A model generated the notes under the pieces. The model did no database searches and had not been told where the DNA came from. It saw only the letters and a list, made by a program, of their open reading frames with translations. A DNA stretch of 64,000 nt, taken from NCBI GenBank assembly GCA_043228905.1, contig JBHGNT010000009.1, positions 5,022,001 through 5,086,000 on the forward strand, read 5' to 3'. Origin of the DNA: Azolla caroliniana (taxonomy: Eukaryota; Plantae; Polypodiophyta). A program made the position numbers and the translations under genes. Within the stretch, counting starts at the first letter, position 1. Each line of letters opens with the position of its first letter. Below, in pieces: positions 50,451 through 64,000 of the stretch.

Positions 50451-51330
50451 GGACGCTCAAAGAGTAGTAAGCATAGTGTCATGTAACACTATGTTACAAA
50501 CTTGAATTTTAATAAGTTCATACAAAAGCTTAGGAAAATGGAATATATTTACTTACACTCACACCAAAAGTGAGGTAGTTGAATGATGTATTTATGAATA
50601 GTTGCATTAAATATAGTTTTAAAGCTAGCAAGATTGTCTCTTGGACCTTGGTGCCAAATGGTATACTTGATGAGTTTAAATCCAAACACAAACCCAATCA
50701 AAATCCACATGATGACACTTTTAATTGAAATAGTCGACTTTAACAATTGTGGATGGCAATTTACAATCATCTTAATCATCTTCTGTATGAGGATTTCGTA
50801 TCATTATTGAAAGGCAAGTCTTATTTTATTTAAGATGTAGTGTGCATACATACTTTCTAAGGGTGTACTTCTGTCCTTATCTACACTCGTAACAATCAAG
50901 GTAGATTGTGAAAAAAACTCTCACTTTTTTAAAGGAAAATGCTTCCTTATAAGTTGTAGATGTCTTGTGAAAAATACTTACTGATAAGACAAAACACAAC
51001 ATTAAGTGCTAGTGTACAATGCATACATCTCCCATATGTAGATGATATATTCACATGGTGCAAAAATGTACACAAGAATGTAGATGCACTACACAACTGT
51101 TAATTTTATTTTCGAAGGGCCTACTTTTGTGCATTATGTGCACTTGTAAGTTGTAACAAATGAGATTACTTGTAAAGAAACCCTCTAAACTCTGTAAAAG
51201 AAAAACCTCCTCTTATTGGAGATGGCCTATGAAGAGTATTTGTTGATACAATACAATTACAACATCAAGATCATGACATTACGTGCTAGTGAATAATGTG
51301 AAAGAAAGCATTGCCTTTTATATATTCAAC

Positions 51331-51540
51331 CATGGTTTTGATGATGTGTTCATTCTAAAAAGTCATTAGAAATTTTCATAGAGATCATATAACTACTTAT
51401 TTTACTCCTAAAATATGCCTTTACGAACATCGGTTTTTAAGTAATCATGGTTTTGATGATGTGTTCATTCTAAAAAGCCGTTAGAAATTTTCGTAGAGAT
51501 CATATAACTGCTTATTTTACTCCTAAAATATGCCTTTACG
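51331..51540. repeat. ~115-bp tandem duplication upstream of the amidase gene
   Basis: CATGGTTTTGATGATGTGTTCATTCTAAAAAG...GCCTTTACGA occurs at 51331 and 51446. Confidence 0.9.
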
Positions 51541-51921
51541 ACATTGTCCCCACAGTACAAAGAGAGCAATAAAACTAATGGCTTTATGTGACTTGTCTCT
51601 ACAATGCAAGGAGCGATTGTCATTGTCACATTTCTACATTCAAAGAGTGAAAACTATAAATCGGCTTTTTAGGTAAACATAAATGTTGACAAACGAACTA
51701 GAAAAGCGGCGTAGACGGAAGAGAGAGTGAGTGTGTACGCACGAACTTTATATTTTTTTCATAACTGATTACCTTTATATGGTCATTTTGTGTGGAACAG
51801 TTGAAATCCGAGATTTAAGTTATTTTTCGACATCAAAGGCTTTGTTGGGTCTAGCTAGCCCTCCAGCTTGAGCACTACCCAATCAATTGGTGTGCCCTCA
51901 ATAAACGCCATAGCCTTATTA

Positions 51922-54900
51922 ATGGAGCAAAGTTTCGTTCCTTTTATGTTTGTCTTGAGTAAGTTTCACTTTATATATAAATGAATGTATACATATACGT
52001 ACACATATTGATGTAAGTACATACTTTATCTTTATGTAATTTACTGTAGTATATATTCAGCTAGATTATCATGTTTGCTTATTAACCGACGGTAAAGCAA
52101 TGAACTTCTTCAAAAGACCAAGGTAGTAACAAAGGTACTTCTGAAAACATTCTCTATTCCTGGTGTGACATTGTTGATGCATAGATATTAGACATGCATG
52201 CATGGATACAAACATTTCTATTGCTTTAATTCTATGATCGCATGCATACATACTATAGTGTAGTGGACAAATATATGGGGTATGCATATAGGAAATTGAC
52301 AATGGTATGGAATGAGATTGTGTAGATTGTGTTACATGTATATGAAATTGACCGACAGTAAGAGATGGAATTCTGAATATAAAACACGGTAGTTTACTTT
52401 TCATATGTTATCTCCCCATTACAAGATGTAGGATTGAACCCCACCCCCTCCAATTTCAACACTTTCCATACACATTGGAACATAGTGGAAGGTAGTAAAT
52501 ATGGATGCACAAGCATACATACATAGAGACTTTTATGTTTGTATGTGCCCATCTACCCACGAATGCATGTGTTCATCTTTATGTTCGTATGTATCCATCT
52601 ACCCACGAATGCATGTGTTCATCTATTCACATACATACATACATACATTACATACATGCATGCATGCATCCATACATAACCATACATACACACACATACA
52701 TACATGCATACATACACACACATGCATGCATACATACATACATACATACATACATACATACATACATACATACATACATACATACATACATACATACATA
52801 CATACATTACATACATGCATGCATGCATCCATACATAACCATACATACACACACACACATACATGCATACATACACACACACATACATGCATACATGCAT
52901 ACATGCATACATACATACATACATATATACATACATTCATGCATGCATACATATGGTTGTATGTATGATTGTATGATTGTATCTATCTACCTACTCGTGT
53001 ATATGTTTCCATCTATCTACTAAAGTATCCTTGCAATAAATATGAGTGAGTTAACGCTCTTACCTTCTTCTTTTTTATTACAAATGCATACATACATACA
53101 AATATTTATGTGTGTATATTTGCTTCAATTTTCTGGCTTCAAAGTTTTAGTTCATTTGTATTGCTGAGACTCATTTTAATCATCATTTTTCCTTTGAAGA
53201 GAAATCTCCGTTTGTATTAAAGTCGTTCTAAGCTTCTAATACTCTCTTTGTTTTCAAAATCTCCCCTGTTTCATCACTTTTCAATGACAGGGTCATTAGA
53301 AGACGTTGGTGATGCAGAGTATCTCCATGTACCCATTAGAGGTAAAAGAAATTATCTTTACTTTTTTCCTTTTCAATAAGAAACGAAATCAAATATGTAA
53401 TTTAAATCATTCTCATAATCAAGGAGGAGGTAACCAGTTTTTGTTGTGCAGCTAGTTTCAATGAATATAATGATTTTTTTGGTAGGAAAATTCTTAAATT
53501 AAATTATTACCAAGAAATTAAACATCCAAACATAAATCATCCTCACAATTAAGAAAATATAGTTAGTTTTTCTGTTGTTGTATAGTTATCTCAGTGAAAA
53601 TAATGATTTCAATTATATAGCTAATTTTTCTGTTTTTGTATAGTTATCTCAGTGAATATAATGATTTCAATTTATTTATGGGTATTTAATGATGAATACA
53701 ATAAAATATATACAAGTTTTATCCTGACTCTGTGAGCATTAAGAATCTGATTAGACTTGCCCAATGAAATTAGAAATAAAACATTTGGTCACCAATTATG
53801 AGTACATGAAATGATTGGTTAGTGTTCAATAGTGTATGAGACAATCAATTGATGCAAGGATGCAAGCTTCCTTCTGGGTATTTTTTAATAAGGAAAACAA
53901 GAAACACAAAATAATCAGCCTAATTTGTCAAATTCTGAGTTTCTCATACACGCAAGCATTCCTTGATTTATAATGCTTCATTATTTATGTCCAATTCAAT
54001 ATATGCATTTGGGCATTTATTAATGAAAGATATGGAAAACATAATTAGTGAACTTTTGAAGTTTGGTATACACAAGAAATGATTTTATGCCTGTAAATAA
54101 CAATATAACAAGAACATAAAAACAGGTATCCTTATCATATAATCAGTGAGACTTTGCAGGCAGCTTCATAATAGCTATAAAATTATTGCATTTATGCATT
54201 TTTTTTTATCAAATCTTTATTACATAGACATCATCTCTAAGGCACTGTATGCAATTAGGGATGTAAAATCATTAATATATTTGGATGAAAAAAAAAATAC
54301 ACTTGTGATTGGTATTGTGTGAGAAGACCTATCTCAACAGACTTAATGGTTTTTATCTTAATAATCTTCTTAACATTCATTGATACTGGTCCCAAATGTT
54401 CTCATGTAGTATGCATGCATATTCATTTAAGACTACATACCCCATATCTTGTTTTTATTGATAATGGATTTGTTTTGTACACACACAGCCCCAGTCTTTT
54501 CTGGCCGCCTTCTCAAATTGTTTGCTTGGATCCTCGAGAATCGAGTAATTGGGCCATTTGCACTACACTACCTGAAAATAAATAATTTGATAGCCAAGGT
54601 AAAGCTTGGGTGTGCTGGTAAAGTTACTAGTTGATCCAATGTTTCATCTCTCAAGCATATAAAAACAGCCATCAAAATTGTTTCTTTTCTATGCTTTGAC
54701 ATGGTTTTAAACAGTTCTTCGTCGAGACTCAATACACTGAACCCCCAATGAGCATACCCAAATTCCCCATAAAAGGTGTGAGTTTTATGAACCACTTGTA
54801 TATAACTGTTGCACATTATAATAATCTTGAATTTTTGCCAACTTCATTCATTTGTTTTATTTTTGGATGAAATTTTTTTTATCAGCTTTGGAGGAACCTT

Positions 54901-57900
54901 ACGTGATCCAATTAAGTCCTGCACTCTCATCTACAGAACGACTCAAATCTGTATTAGAGTGCGTAGCATCATTATCTTACGATAAGTTGGGAGGGTTCCG
55001 TCGTTGGACGATTCTGGATTACTATTCGGCATACAAGTCTCAAAAAACCACACCCTCAAAAGTTCGGATCATAGTTTACTATTTGAAAATTTCCACTTTT
55101 CTTCCACCTTTTTTACACTGATGTCCACTTTCTTTTTCCCCTGTTCTATGTACAAACTAAAATTTCATCAACATTTACATATGTCGATGCTTGTTTTCTA
55201 CCCTCAGAATATAGTGTTTGTTCCAATGCATTTAACCTCAGGTGGTAGTTCAGTTCCTAAATGCATTCAAGGATTCTCTTCAACCGACTCCTGGAATGGG
55301 ATTCTTCATCAGCTGTTATGAAGAGGATGTAATCAAACAGGCTCAACTGTCCACAGCTCGTTATCAAAAGGGTCTTTCTCAACTTTTCCCTGTCTTTTTT
55401 ATGTGCTTTGATGAAAAAGATATAACCATTAATGTCAATCTTTATTGCCCAAATTAAGCAAACTCTGCTGTTCTATACTATGCATTTCATGCTTTCACCC
55501 TTTATGGACTTTAATTTTTAGTGGTTAGGCAATGTTATTGAGCCACTCATAACTTTCAATCTTTACATATGTCAAAGGGCTTTTGGATTCATTTGTTCTC
55601 TTTTGTATATCTCAATTGATAATATGTGATACAGGTGAACCTTTATCAGTATTGGATGGAGTACCAATAGCAGTGAAAGATGAGATTGACTGCTTGCCAT
55701 ATCCAACTTCTGGTAAATTTAGTTCTGTATTTTGGAGCACTTGTTACTTCTATGCATCTAAATATATGAGTAACTCATCTTGGGTACTCTGTCTTTGGTG
55801 AAGGAGTCCTCCATAAAATACTATTAAACTGTTTGGAATAAGTAGAGAAAAGAAGAACTCTGATTACATTATCATCAGTACTTCAGGTGGTTCAAAATGG
55901 CTTCCATTTGCACGCAAAGTTAAAGAGGATGCAGAATGTGTAAAGCGTTTGCGAGATTGTGGTGCCATACTTGTTGGAAAGACAAATATGCACGAACTTG
56001 GGGCAGGAATCACTGGCATCAATCCGCATTACAGGTTTTGCAACATACTTTGTTACTTGTGCATTGTCATTTGTTTTCATGCATTATAAAGAGACAGATT
56101 TTAATAGACCTAAAGCATATTGCAAATGTCCTCAAGATCATTGAAAACTACATCACTTCTTATGAAAAATATTTTTGTTGCTTACATAAACCTAATGTAT
56201 ACAACCATTTGGGACCTATTCAATGCACATGTTATGACACCAGTAGTTGCGGTAGCAAGGGAGATATGGCCACCCTATACTAAATTATACCCAACTGAAG
56301 ATCTTCATGTGACTTGAGTTATTTAAATCTTAAGCGTCCATTTAACTTCACATATCTGTCCATTGATGATGTGAGTGGAGATGACATAGAAAGTTTCGTT
56401 TGTTATATCCCATTAAAATTGATGTTGTCACATTTTTTTAACCTGGCACGTCAGAGATGACATTGCACACATAGCTTTCACACTTTTGTGCATGTTTCAT
56501 ATGCATACTTTTTAATAAATTGTTCATTTTTTCTTTACTTTTTTGGCTTATCTAGAGGTTTACACTTTGTCATATATTTGTAAGTTGCAACTATGTTTTT
56601 TTCTTACGATGGTATATAGTTCCTTTCCGCATCTTCTTGTGGAACCAAGTTGCGTTGAACTGCACAGAGACTGTAATGTCCTACAGCTTTTTGTTATTAT
56701 GTGCAGCGCATTATTCATTTACTTGAGTGTTTTCAATGAAGTTTTGCATTTGTATTTAATTTCTCATTGATAATATCCTTCATGGGCAGTGTCTATGACG
56801 CACATGTACTTGCCAATTTTACAGTCTGGTTTTTTAGTACGCTGTCAAATGTCGTTTTAAGAAGTCGATGAAAAAATATTTTAATTTATCATGATTTTAT
56901 ACTCACAGGGCTTCAAGAAATCCATATGACAAAAGTAGATATTCGGGAGGATCCTCTGGCGGTTCAGCTGCCGTGGTTGCTGCTGGGCTGTGTCCAGCTG
57001 CACTTGGTGTTGATGGTGGAGGTATCGCGCAACATTATCAAATCATGTTTGTTATTATCATTAATTTTGTATCCTGGTTCTCTCGCGTACACACAACACA
57101 CTCTCTTTCTGGCGCCTTGGGCAGTTCTGCTAATTTAGTTTTATTTATTGCTCTCAAAAATTAAACATTTTAAGACGTAATCTCTCATCTCTCATCTCTT
57201 ATTCAGACTGATAGGCCATTCTTGCCTCGTAAAAGACGTTCATCTTTCTCTCTCGCATGCTTCACATATTATATGGCATTTGTTGCACCAAACTACAAAA
57301 TCATATTCGTCTCCAAATGTATATGCACCAGCAAATACTATAGTGGGGTCTCATTCGCTTGTTTGAATCCATAAAAATTAGGCTTTCTATTCTTTTCAAT
57401 CTGAGATGGTGTCCTGGGTCACCAGCAAGGGGAGCCATTGGCTCAGCATTGTTTTGCTCGTAACACAATCATGAGCCTGAGTACCAGCCCCTACATGAAT
57501 GGTCCCACCTTGGATAGCATTCTGGTTTTGCTTTCTCCACATTTTCAACCCTCAACAATCCCTATACACATTTCTCTCTGAGTCACAATGTCCGTGCCAA
57601 ATTGCAATGTTCAGCAATGAAATTCTTGAGCATCTAAAGTTTATTATCAACTCCATACACACTACGCGAAAAAAAATTCATATTGGTCCCACAAGTCATA
57701 TTTGACCTCGAAGAGAACAATGATATTTAGGCAAGTAATTTTTAGTGAACATATTGAGCATCATCATTAATACTACTTCCTCCCTCCCCCCCCCCCCCCC
57801 CCCCGTCTTTTGTTTATTCATGGAATATATGAAAAAGCATATAATTCTAGAGCAACATTTATATTTAGGCAAGTGAAACACTCAGTCTGTAATATTTCAG

Positions 57901-60900
57901 TCTATTGAATGATAGGGTCAGTACGAATCCCATCAGCTCTTTGTGGGGTAGTAGGATTCAAGGGCACTTTTGGCAGAGTTTCATCCAATGGGTATGTACG
58001 TATGTAAAGAATCTTATTTTTACATGTCATTATGATCTTTTGTGAATTTGGTTCATAATTTAAGTGTCAAATTTGTTCTAGAAGTGACACAAATAAGTTG
58101 AGATAATCGAAATCCCATCAACATTGAAATGCTTTTGTTATTCGATCCATTCATTCATTTATTCATTATGTAGAGTATTGCCATTGAATTGGTCAGTTGG
58201 AGCAGTTGGAATTCATGCGGCTACTGTGGAGGATGCTCTAATAATGTCAGAATATTGTATCCAGTATTCCTATTTTTTTGAAGAAATGGCCTTTCAATCT
58301 TGTAAAAATCTGAATGAAAAATTAAATGAATTTTTATTGCTCCACAAATTATTCAGGTATACTGTGATACATGGATTGGTTCCTAGCGACAATGTTCTTT
58401 CGATGCCGGTATATTGGCTATTTACTGATAATAATGAATTTTTTCTTGTTCATGAGAATAACTTATCATCCACCATTCTCCATAAGCTATATTTAATGTT
58501 TGTGTCATGTTATGGCAGCCTCCAACCAACATACCATTCCTCAAAGGAATACCAGAGTGTGAGAGTTTGATCAGCAACATCAAATTTGCCAAGTACACCA
58601 AGGTGCACTGCACTCTAGCTCTTTTTTAAGCATTTCACTTCTTGCCTGATACCTTGAAGAGTAGTGAAACAACATTGAGATTGCTGAGTACAGCTATTTA
58701 AAACCATTTTGTTTCTCATTAGTGGTTAACATGTACAATATTAATATTCGAGCATGATGATTTCTCTCCAAAATGTGTATAGTCATTATAATCTTTTAAC
58801 TTAGGATGCAATTGACATGGTAAATATGAGCAGTGGTTTGAAGATTGTGATGGTCCAATACATGAGGCTTGCTTGAGTGCATTGAAAGAGCTACAAAAAT
58901 GCTACAATTGCAAGGTTTGATTGCATATAATCAATTAAACAACTTGATAGGAAAGCACTAATAATTTTTAGGGACTGAAAATATGTCACGTTTATGTGGT
59001 GGATTAAGGTAGTTGAAGCTACAATACCCGAACTCGAGCAAATGAGGCGTGCACATTACATCACACTAGGGTCGGAAATCAATGCCTCACTTGGTGATGA
59101 CTATATGAAGTGGTATGATCATAAAGCTTGTCATCGTGCTATAGAAATTTTTACCAAAGTAGCCCTCATTGTTCATGAAATTCTCATAAATACCCCTCTT
59201 TCACTTTGTTTCTCTCTCAATTATAGAAAGGGATATATTATAGAAAGAGGGGGGGGGGGGGGGGAGATAGAAATTTTGGGAGTTTCAGAGTATGTTTTTG
59301 GAACGCTAGCAGTATTGGATGGATCTTATGAAAAACAATGGACATTGTACCAAATTTACCTATAAATGATCATAATGATAACACTGTTATATTACTTGAA
59401 ATAAATCGTGTAGGGGGCGAAAAGTCTCAGGTATGGACACGAGGACTGGTTTTGCAATGTATGCATGTTTTACCAGTCGTGAATATCTCGCGGCTCAGAG
59501 ATTGAGGTAATGCAAGATTCCTTTTTATCAGTATTTTGCAAAAAATATATACATCATTTACTTTTTAACGATCTTGAGTTATATAAAGAGCTCAAAACAT
59601 TTATGATCAGAAATTAGTTTTTTTTTTTTTTAATATGCACATGGATGATTGTATAGTGTACATACAGGTGAATTTTCATCTGTAATGCACGCTTTGCGTT
59701 TCCATAGAGATGCCATAATTTATTTTCTTTTAAGTTTCTAGGCATCGGCAAATGTGCTACCACATGGAGGTTTTCAAGAAAGCTGATATAATTGTTACTC
59801 CGGCGACAGGGTTAGTTAACTTTGTACATCATTTACATATCTTTTAGCTTCTATGTATGTATCTAGAAGTATGGAATGAGATTTTTCCCTCAGATGATCT
59901 AAACGAACATTTAAATTAAAGGTTTAGTTTTAAAACTTTTATCAAGGGGTACTGCGAAGCCTGTCAAGAAGAAATCGATCGAAGTTGGGGAGCTTGACTA
60001 TGTCTTTGGAGGTAAAACACATTTGTTTTCCTTCTTTTTTTAGGTATTCTCCCATTAATTTCCTAATAACTTTCTAATCATTGATTTGGGCAACTCTTAT
60101 TCTCAACTTTTGTTCCCTCTCCACCCCCTCTCATTGTGGTTTTATCTATGGAATCAGCAAAGCTAACAACTTACCAGATTGGAGCTAATTTACTTGGACT
60201 TCCGGCAATTACAATACCAGTAATATAACTAAAATATTCATCTCTAATATCAAATATCCCTTTCCTGTGGACATTAATGATCTATGCATATATTGAAGTT
60301 TTTCCTTCAATGGATCACATGTCCTTCTATATGTAATGCAGGTCGGTTACGATGATGAAGGCATGCCAATTGGAATCCAATTTATGGGACCCCCTTGGTC
60401 AGAGGCTACATTATTAAGGGCTGCTTTTGCCATGGAGGTACTGAAAACAAAACTTTTCATTTCACTTAATGTGCACAATATATGGTTACAGTTAAATTGT
60501 CATTCTCATAATATATATTTCTATACAAACTTGTCGAACCCGTTTATAACGTATGGATATCGTCAAAGTTACCTTCAATGTTACGATAATGTGAAACCAA
60601 AGACAGAAAGAAAGTCTATTCCAACATTGGAAAACTCGTGACCTAGTGCTTTATAGTTGGTTTATCGTTTTTCCTCAATTTTGTACGCAATACACAATAG
60701 GGTATCTAAGGCCTTCAATCTTCCCTTTTGGACAATGACGTCTATAGAAGTACAATAATGTGAAACCAAAGAAAGAAAGATTCCGACATTGGAACACTCT
60801 TGACCTAGTGCTTTATAGTTGGTTTATCTTTTTTCCTCAAAGAAATGGGCATAGCCATTCTTGATCTGTATCCTTAAGACATAGCAAGCACATACAAATT

Positions 60901-62620
60901 GACAAAGTATCATTAGCTAACATCATGTCAACGTTACAATCACAACCTTCACACTAGTCATGCATTATACCTGACATTTTATCGCAACATCAAGGTGTCA
61001 CAATGGTACAGTAACTACATTGACAACATGTATATTTTTGAAGACAAGATTGTGTGATGTGCAAGCCCAAGTTGCTGTTTTTTCTCAAAATGCTGCAAGA
61101 CAATGAATCTTGTGTGATGTTTGCTTTGCCATGTGCTATTTCTAGCATTTGGATAACCCACTATCATTACCATTCATTTTTTAGGCTATGCATCTGTCCA
61201 TGCATTGGTAGCTACATGAACATGTATTACCTAGTCCAAACCTATATCACTACAAAAAAAAAGCACTTTTTATGTCAACTACAAAACAGGAATTAAGATT
61301 ACTGTCTCCTTAATTTTAACCATTGTTCGAATATGTCACATTAGCTCTAGTTTTTTGGTTGGAGATGAGCTAATGTGTCACATAGGAATAAAGATTACTA
61401 TCTCCTTAATTTTAACCAGTGCTTAAATGTGTCACATAATCTCTAGTTTAGCACTAGTTTGGTTAAAGATGAGCTAATGGGTAGTTTAGCCATTGATTGT
61501 ATGTTTGAGTCGATACTATTTCTTTTAAATCATATTACCTAGGTGAAATTCTATAACGAACTTGTATTCGCATTCAACACTACCCAAGAAAAAGCTAGTG
61601 TATTTAACTCAATACCCAAACCAACATATCTTTACAAAATGCAATTGAAACCCAAAAATGCTTGAATTTGGTGATGAAATCCTACATCAAGATTTGAAGA
61701 TACAATATTATCTCAATGATGTTGATTGGATACTTTTACATTGCAAATGACATACATTAACGATTATGGTACTCCATGAAATTCTAGTGTGTGCTTGCCT
61801 CAATACTAAACCATCATGCAATCAAATAAATTAGGAAATTATTGAACTATGCTTGTTTAGTTTGAAAACTGCCAAAGTAAGCTTGGCCAAAGCACCTAGA
61901 AATTTAGATGAAACATATCTATGAATAATTGCTTGAATATTAGATCAAACATAATAGCCTAATTTGTTCAATAATCATAGCTAAGGAAGCATCTAATTGA
62001 AGATTGTCCAAATTAAAGGTAATACTTGATCAAAAACCATTTCTACTTTTCCTTATTAATGAAGCATATCTATGAATAATTGCTTAAATATTAGATGAAA
62101 CATATTACCTTAATTTGTATAATAATCATAGCTAATGAAACATCTAATTGAAGATTGTCCAAATTAAGGGTAATACTTGATCAAAAATCATTTCTACTTT
62201 TCCTTATCAATGGTATTTGCTTTCTAACTAGAACTATAATTACCAAATTAAATTCTAATTTTGACAAATTAAGAGAACCTTAGCTCTAATTTGAAAGGAT
62301 GGTGATTAACTCAAGTATCTATGGACAAATCTCATTTTGGAATTATTACTTCCGGGGTATGATAATGTACCTAAATCTTAATTTTCATGCAATTGGGAGT
62401 AAGCTTTTGACCAAGCACAGATAATAATTTTTGAAAAGTAAATAGCATACATTTGTAACTCCCATAACATTTAAGCATATTTTGGCCAATTCCTTTAACA
62501 AATTATTGAAGCCAAAGCTAACTAAAGCTCCCCTTTGATGTTTATTGTTCACAGAAACTAATCATTCCTAAGATGAGGCAACCACAAGTTTACTACGACA
62601 TCTTACAAGATGCATGCTAA
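51922..62620 (+). CDS. FAAH: Fatty acid amide hydrolase-like amidase-signature protein, ~607 aa, 21 exons
   Basis: Exons (all GT-AG, phases consistent): 51922-51958 (tentative), 53291-53341, 54489-54598, 54715-54775, 54886-55061, 55242-55371, 55635-55712, 55887-56034, 56909-57021, 57916-57991, 58174-58245, 58357-58408, 58519-58602, 58834-58914, 59009-59112, 59414-59506, 59742-59810, 59947-60011, 60158-60219, 60342-60437, 62555-62620; total 1824 nt. Motifs: [63 protein letters not shown]-terminal PQVYYDIL. The Lys/Ser/Ser triad is intact. Confidence 0.92.
52625..52955. repeat. Compound (CATA)n/(CATG)n microsatellite with internal higher-order duplication, in the FAAH first intron
   Basis: Long TACA runs; the block CATTACATACATGCATGCATGCATCCATACATAACCATACATACAC occurs twice. 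Confidence 0.95.
60580..62208. repeat. Three local duplications in the last FAAH intron (approximate)
   Basis: ~60580..60680 vs ~60750..60840; ~61285..61380 vs ~61385..61480; ~61910..62058 vs ~62060..62208. Confidence 0.8.
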
Positions 62621-64000
62621 ATATAGTGTATACTCGAGAAGGTTCAAAATATGAACAAAAAGGCTACAAAATTTTAGATGATACTAAGTGTAAAGGTATT
62701 AGATTTAGCATGCCATAATACAAAGATATGAAGGTTTCATTCACTACCCTTCGACAATAAAAGAAAAAAACCTATTCTAGTAAAGTGATTAGTCACAATT
62801 CATGAATGATACTCATTTTATATAGGAATCATTTGAAGGTTGCAACCCCTTACCACTATTTTCACATACTTACACTACCAAGAAAGATACTACTAGAACT
62901 CAACATATTACATTATATTAATGGTTAATTATAAGTTTGGAGCTTCATGTTAATATGATCATATGGGAATGGTGGTTAACTTAATTATACATTATTAATA
63001 ATGACTAATTAAGAATAGGATAATGGAATAAACATACACCCATCCCCACAACTAATTGGAGCAATCATTTTTCAAAGCCTAAAATGTAGCATGTTTACGA
63101 AGGCCACATGGTTACAAAGTGCAATCTCCAATGAGCTACCTAATAACTAGCAATACCAATTTCAAAGAAATGCCTACCATGGTCAAGAATTACAATAGTG
63201 ATCTCAACGCTTTTAAAGAAATGGTGGATCCTTATAGTGTAACTTCTCATGAATATATCTGATTGTTAAACACAAGAATATGAAAATGTTTGTTTGATCA
63301 TGGAAACACATACAATGTGACAAAGTACGTGGTCATGTGTGAATGACCCTAGAGCCCTGACCTCAAAAGCTCAATTGTAAAAATGTACTCTAATTGCAAT
63401 TAGGACATCGTTCATATTTACATTTGAGAAACCTTGGGGGAAAAGCTATGTCGTTCCATCATGTATGACTTGAATATTAATCAATTAAATGTTCTACATA
63501 ACATACCATGTTCACGAACTCTTCAATACAAGACACCCATAGACTCTTCCAATGTATCAATTTTTATAACCTTCAAGGTTGCCATTAACATGACATGACT
63601 TGGAAATGATACCACGACTTGCTCCTATGATACACTACACTATCGAGATTGAGAAGAATGTGATAATAATCGAATGTAATAATGAATGCCAACAATATTT
63701 GTTCATTACAGCTTTTCCTTCTGGTATCCAAGAGTTCCAAAACTTCACAAAACAAAAAAGAAAATTGGTTCTTTGACATGCAGAAGGAAAAGAATTGATT
63801 TGATCGATTTAGTAGAAGTCGCACTAGTTAGTTAGAGATTGGAGGAAAATTTTGCTTTTGTTTGGGGGTGTGTGCATATGCTTTCCTCACTACAAAAGAA
63901 TGGAGTTATAAAAGAATGAAGATATGAAAGAATGGTGATTAGCACATATTAGAGTTGACTAAGAAAGTGCTTTGATTGTTTTAAGGGGAAAATAAAAAAG

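Noticed and set aside
52100-52134. Alternative FAAH first exon MNFFKRP
   Set aside because: Neither nearby GT donor gives a phase that keeps the 53291 exon open from this ATG; it could still be an untranslated exon.
52501-53023. Four overlapping His/Tyr/Thr- or Met/Tyr/Val/Cys-rich ORFs
   Set aside because: They are translations of a (CATA)n microsatellite in an intron, open on both strands for compositional reasons.
63585-63824. 79-aa minus-strand ORF, and a signal-peptide-like stretch in another frame
   Set aside because: No recognisable motif, the alternative frame has in-frame stops, and no splice structure could be supported.

Overview
AT-rich plant genomic DNA; the retroelement and gene content suggests a seed-free plant such as a fern (inference only). 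Three zones. (1) 1-12 kb: decayed Ty3/gypsy remnant, MITEs and a ~3 kb tandem duplication carrying two paralogous two-exon genes (minus strand) for ~120-aa proteins with a signal peptide and a C-terminal hydrophobic, GPI-like tail. (2) 12-47 kb: a deeply nested retrotransposon island. It holds head-to-head Ty1/copia copies forming a ~0.9 kb inverted repeat, a Tnt1-like copia, and a tRNA-Arg-primed gypsy with a long extra ORF. It also holds a very young but defective copia (608-bp LTRs, TATCT TSD), solo LTRs, an L1 remnant, and a small tRNA-Trp-primed LTR element that lacks pol and carries one open acidic repeat ORF. The LTRs of that element and of a sister family contain tRNA-type A/B boxes. 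(3) 52-62.6 kb: an apparently intact 21-exon fatty acid amide hydrolase (FAAH)-like amidase gene of about 607 aa on the plus strand. All alignments and exon models were made by eye; boundaries marked approximate may be off by several bases.
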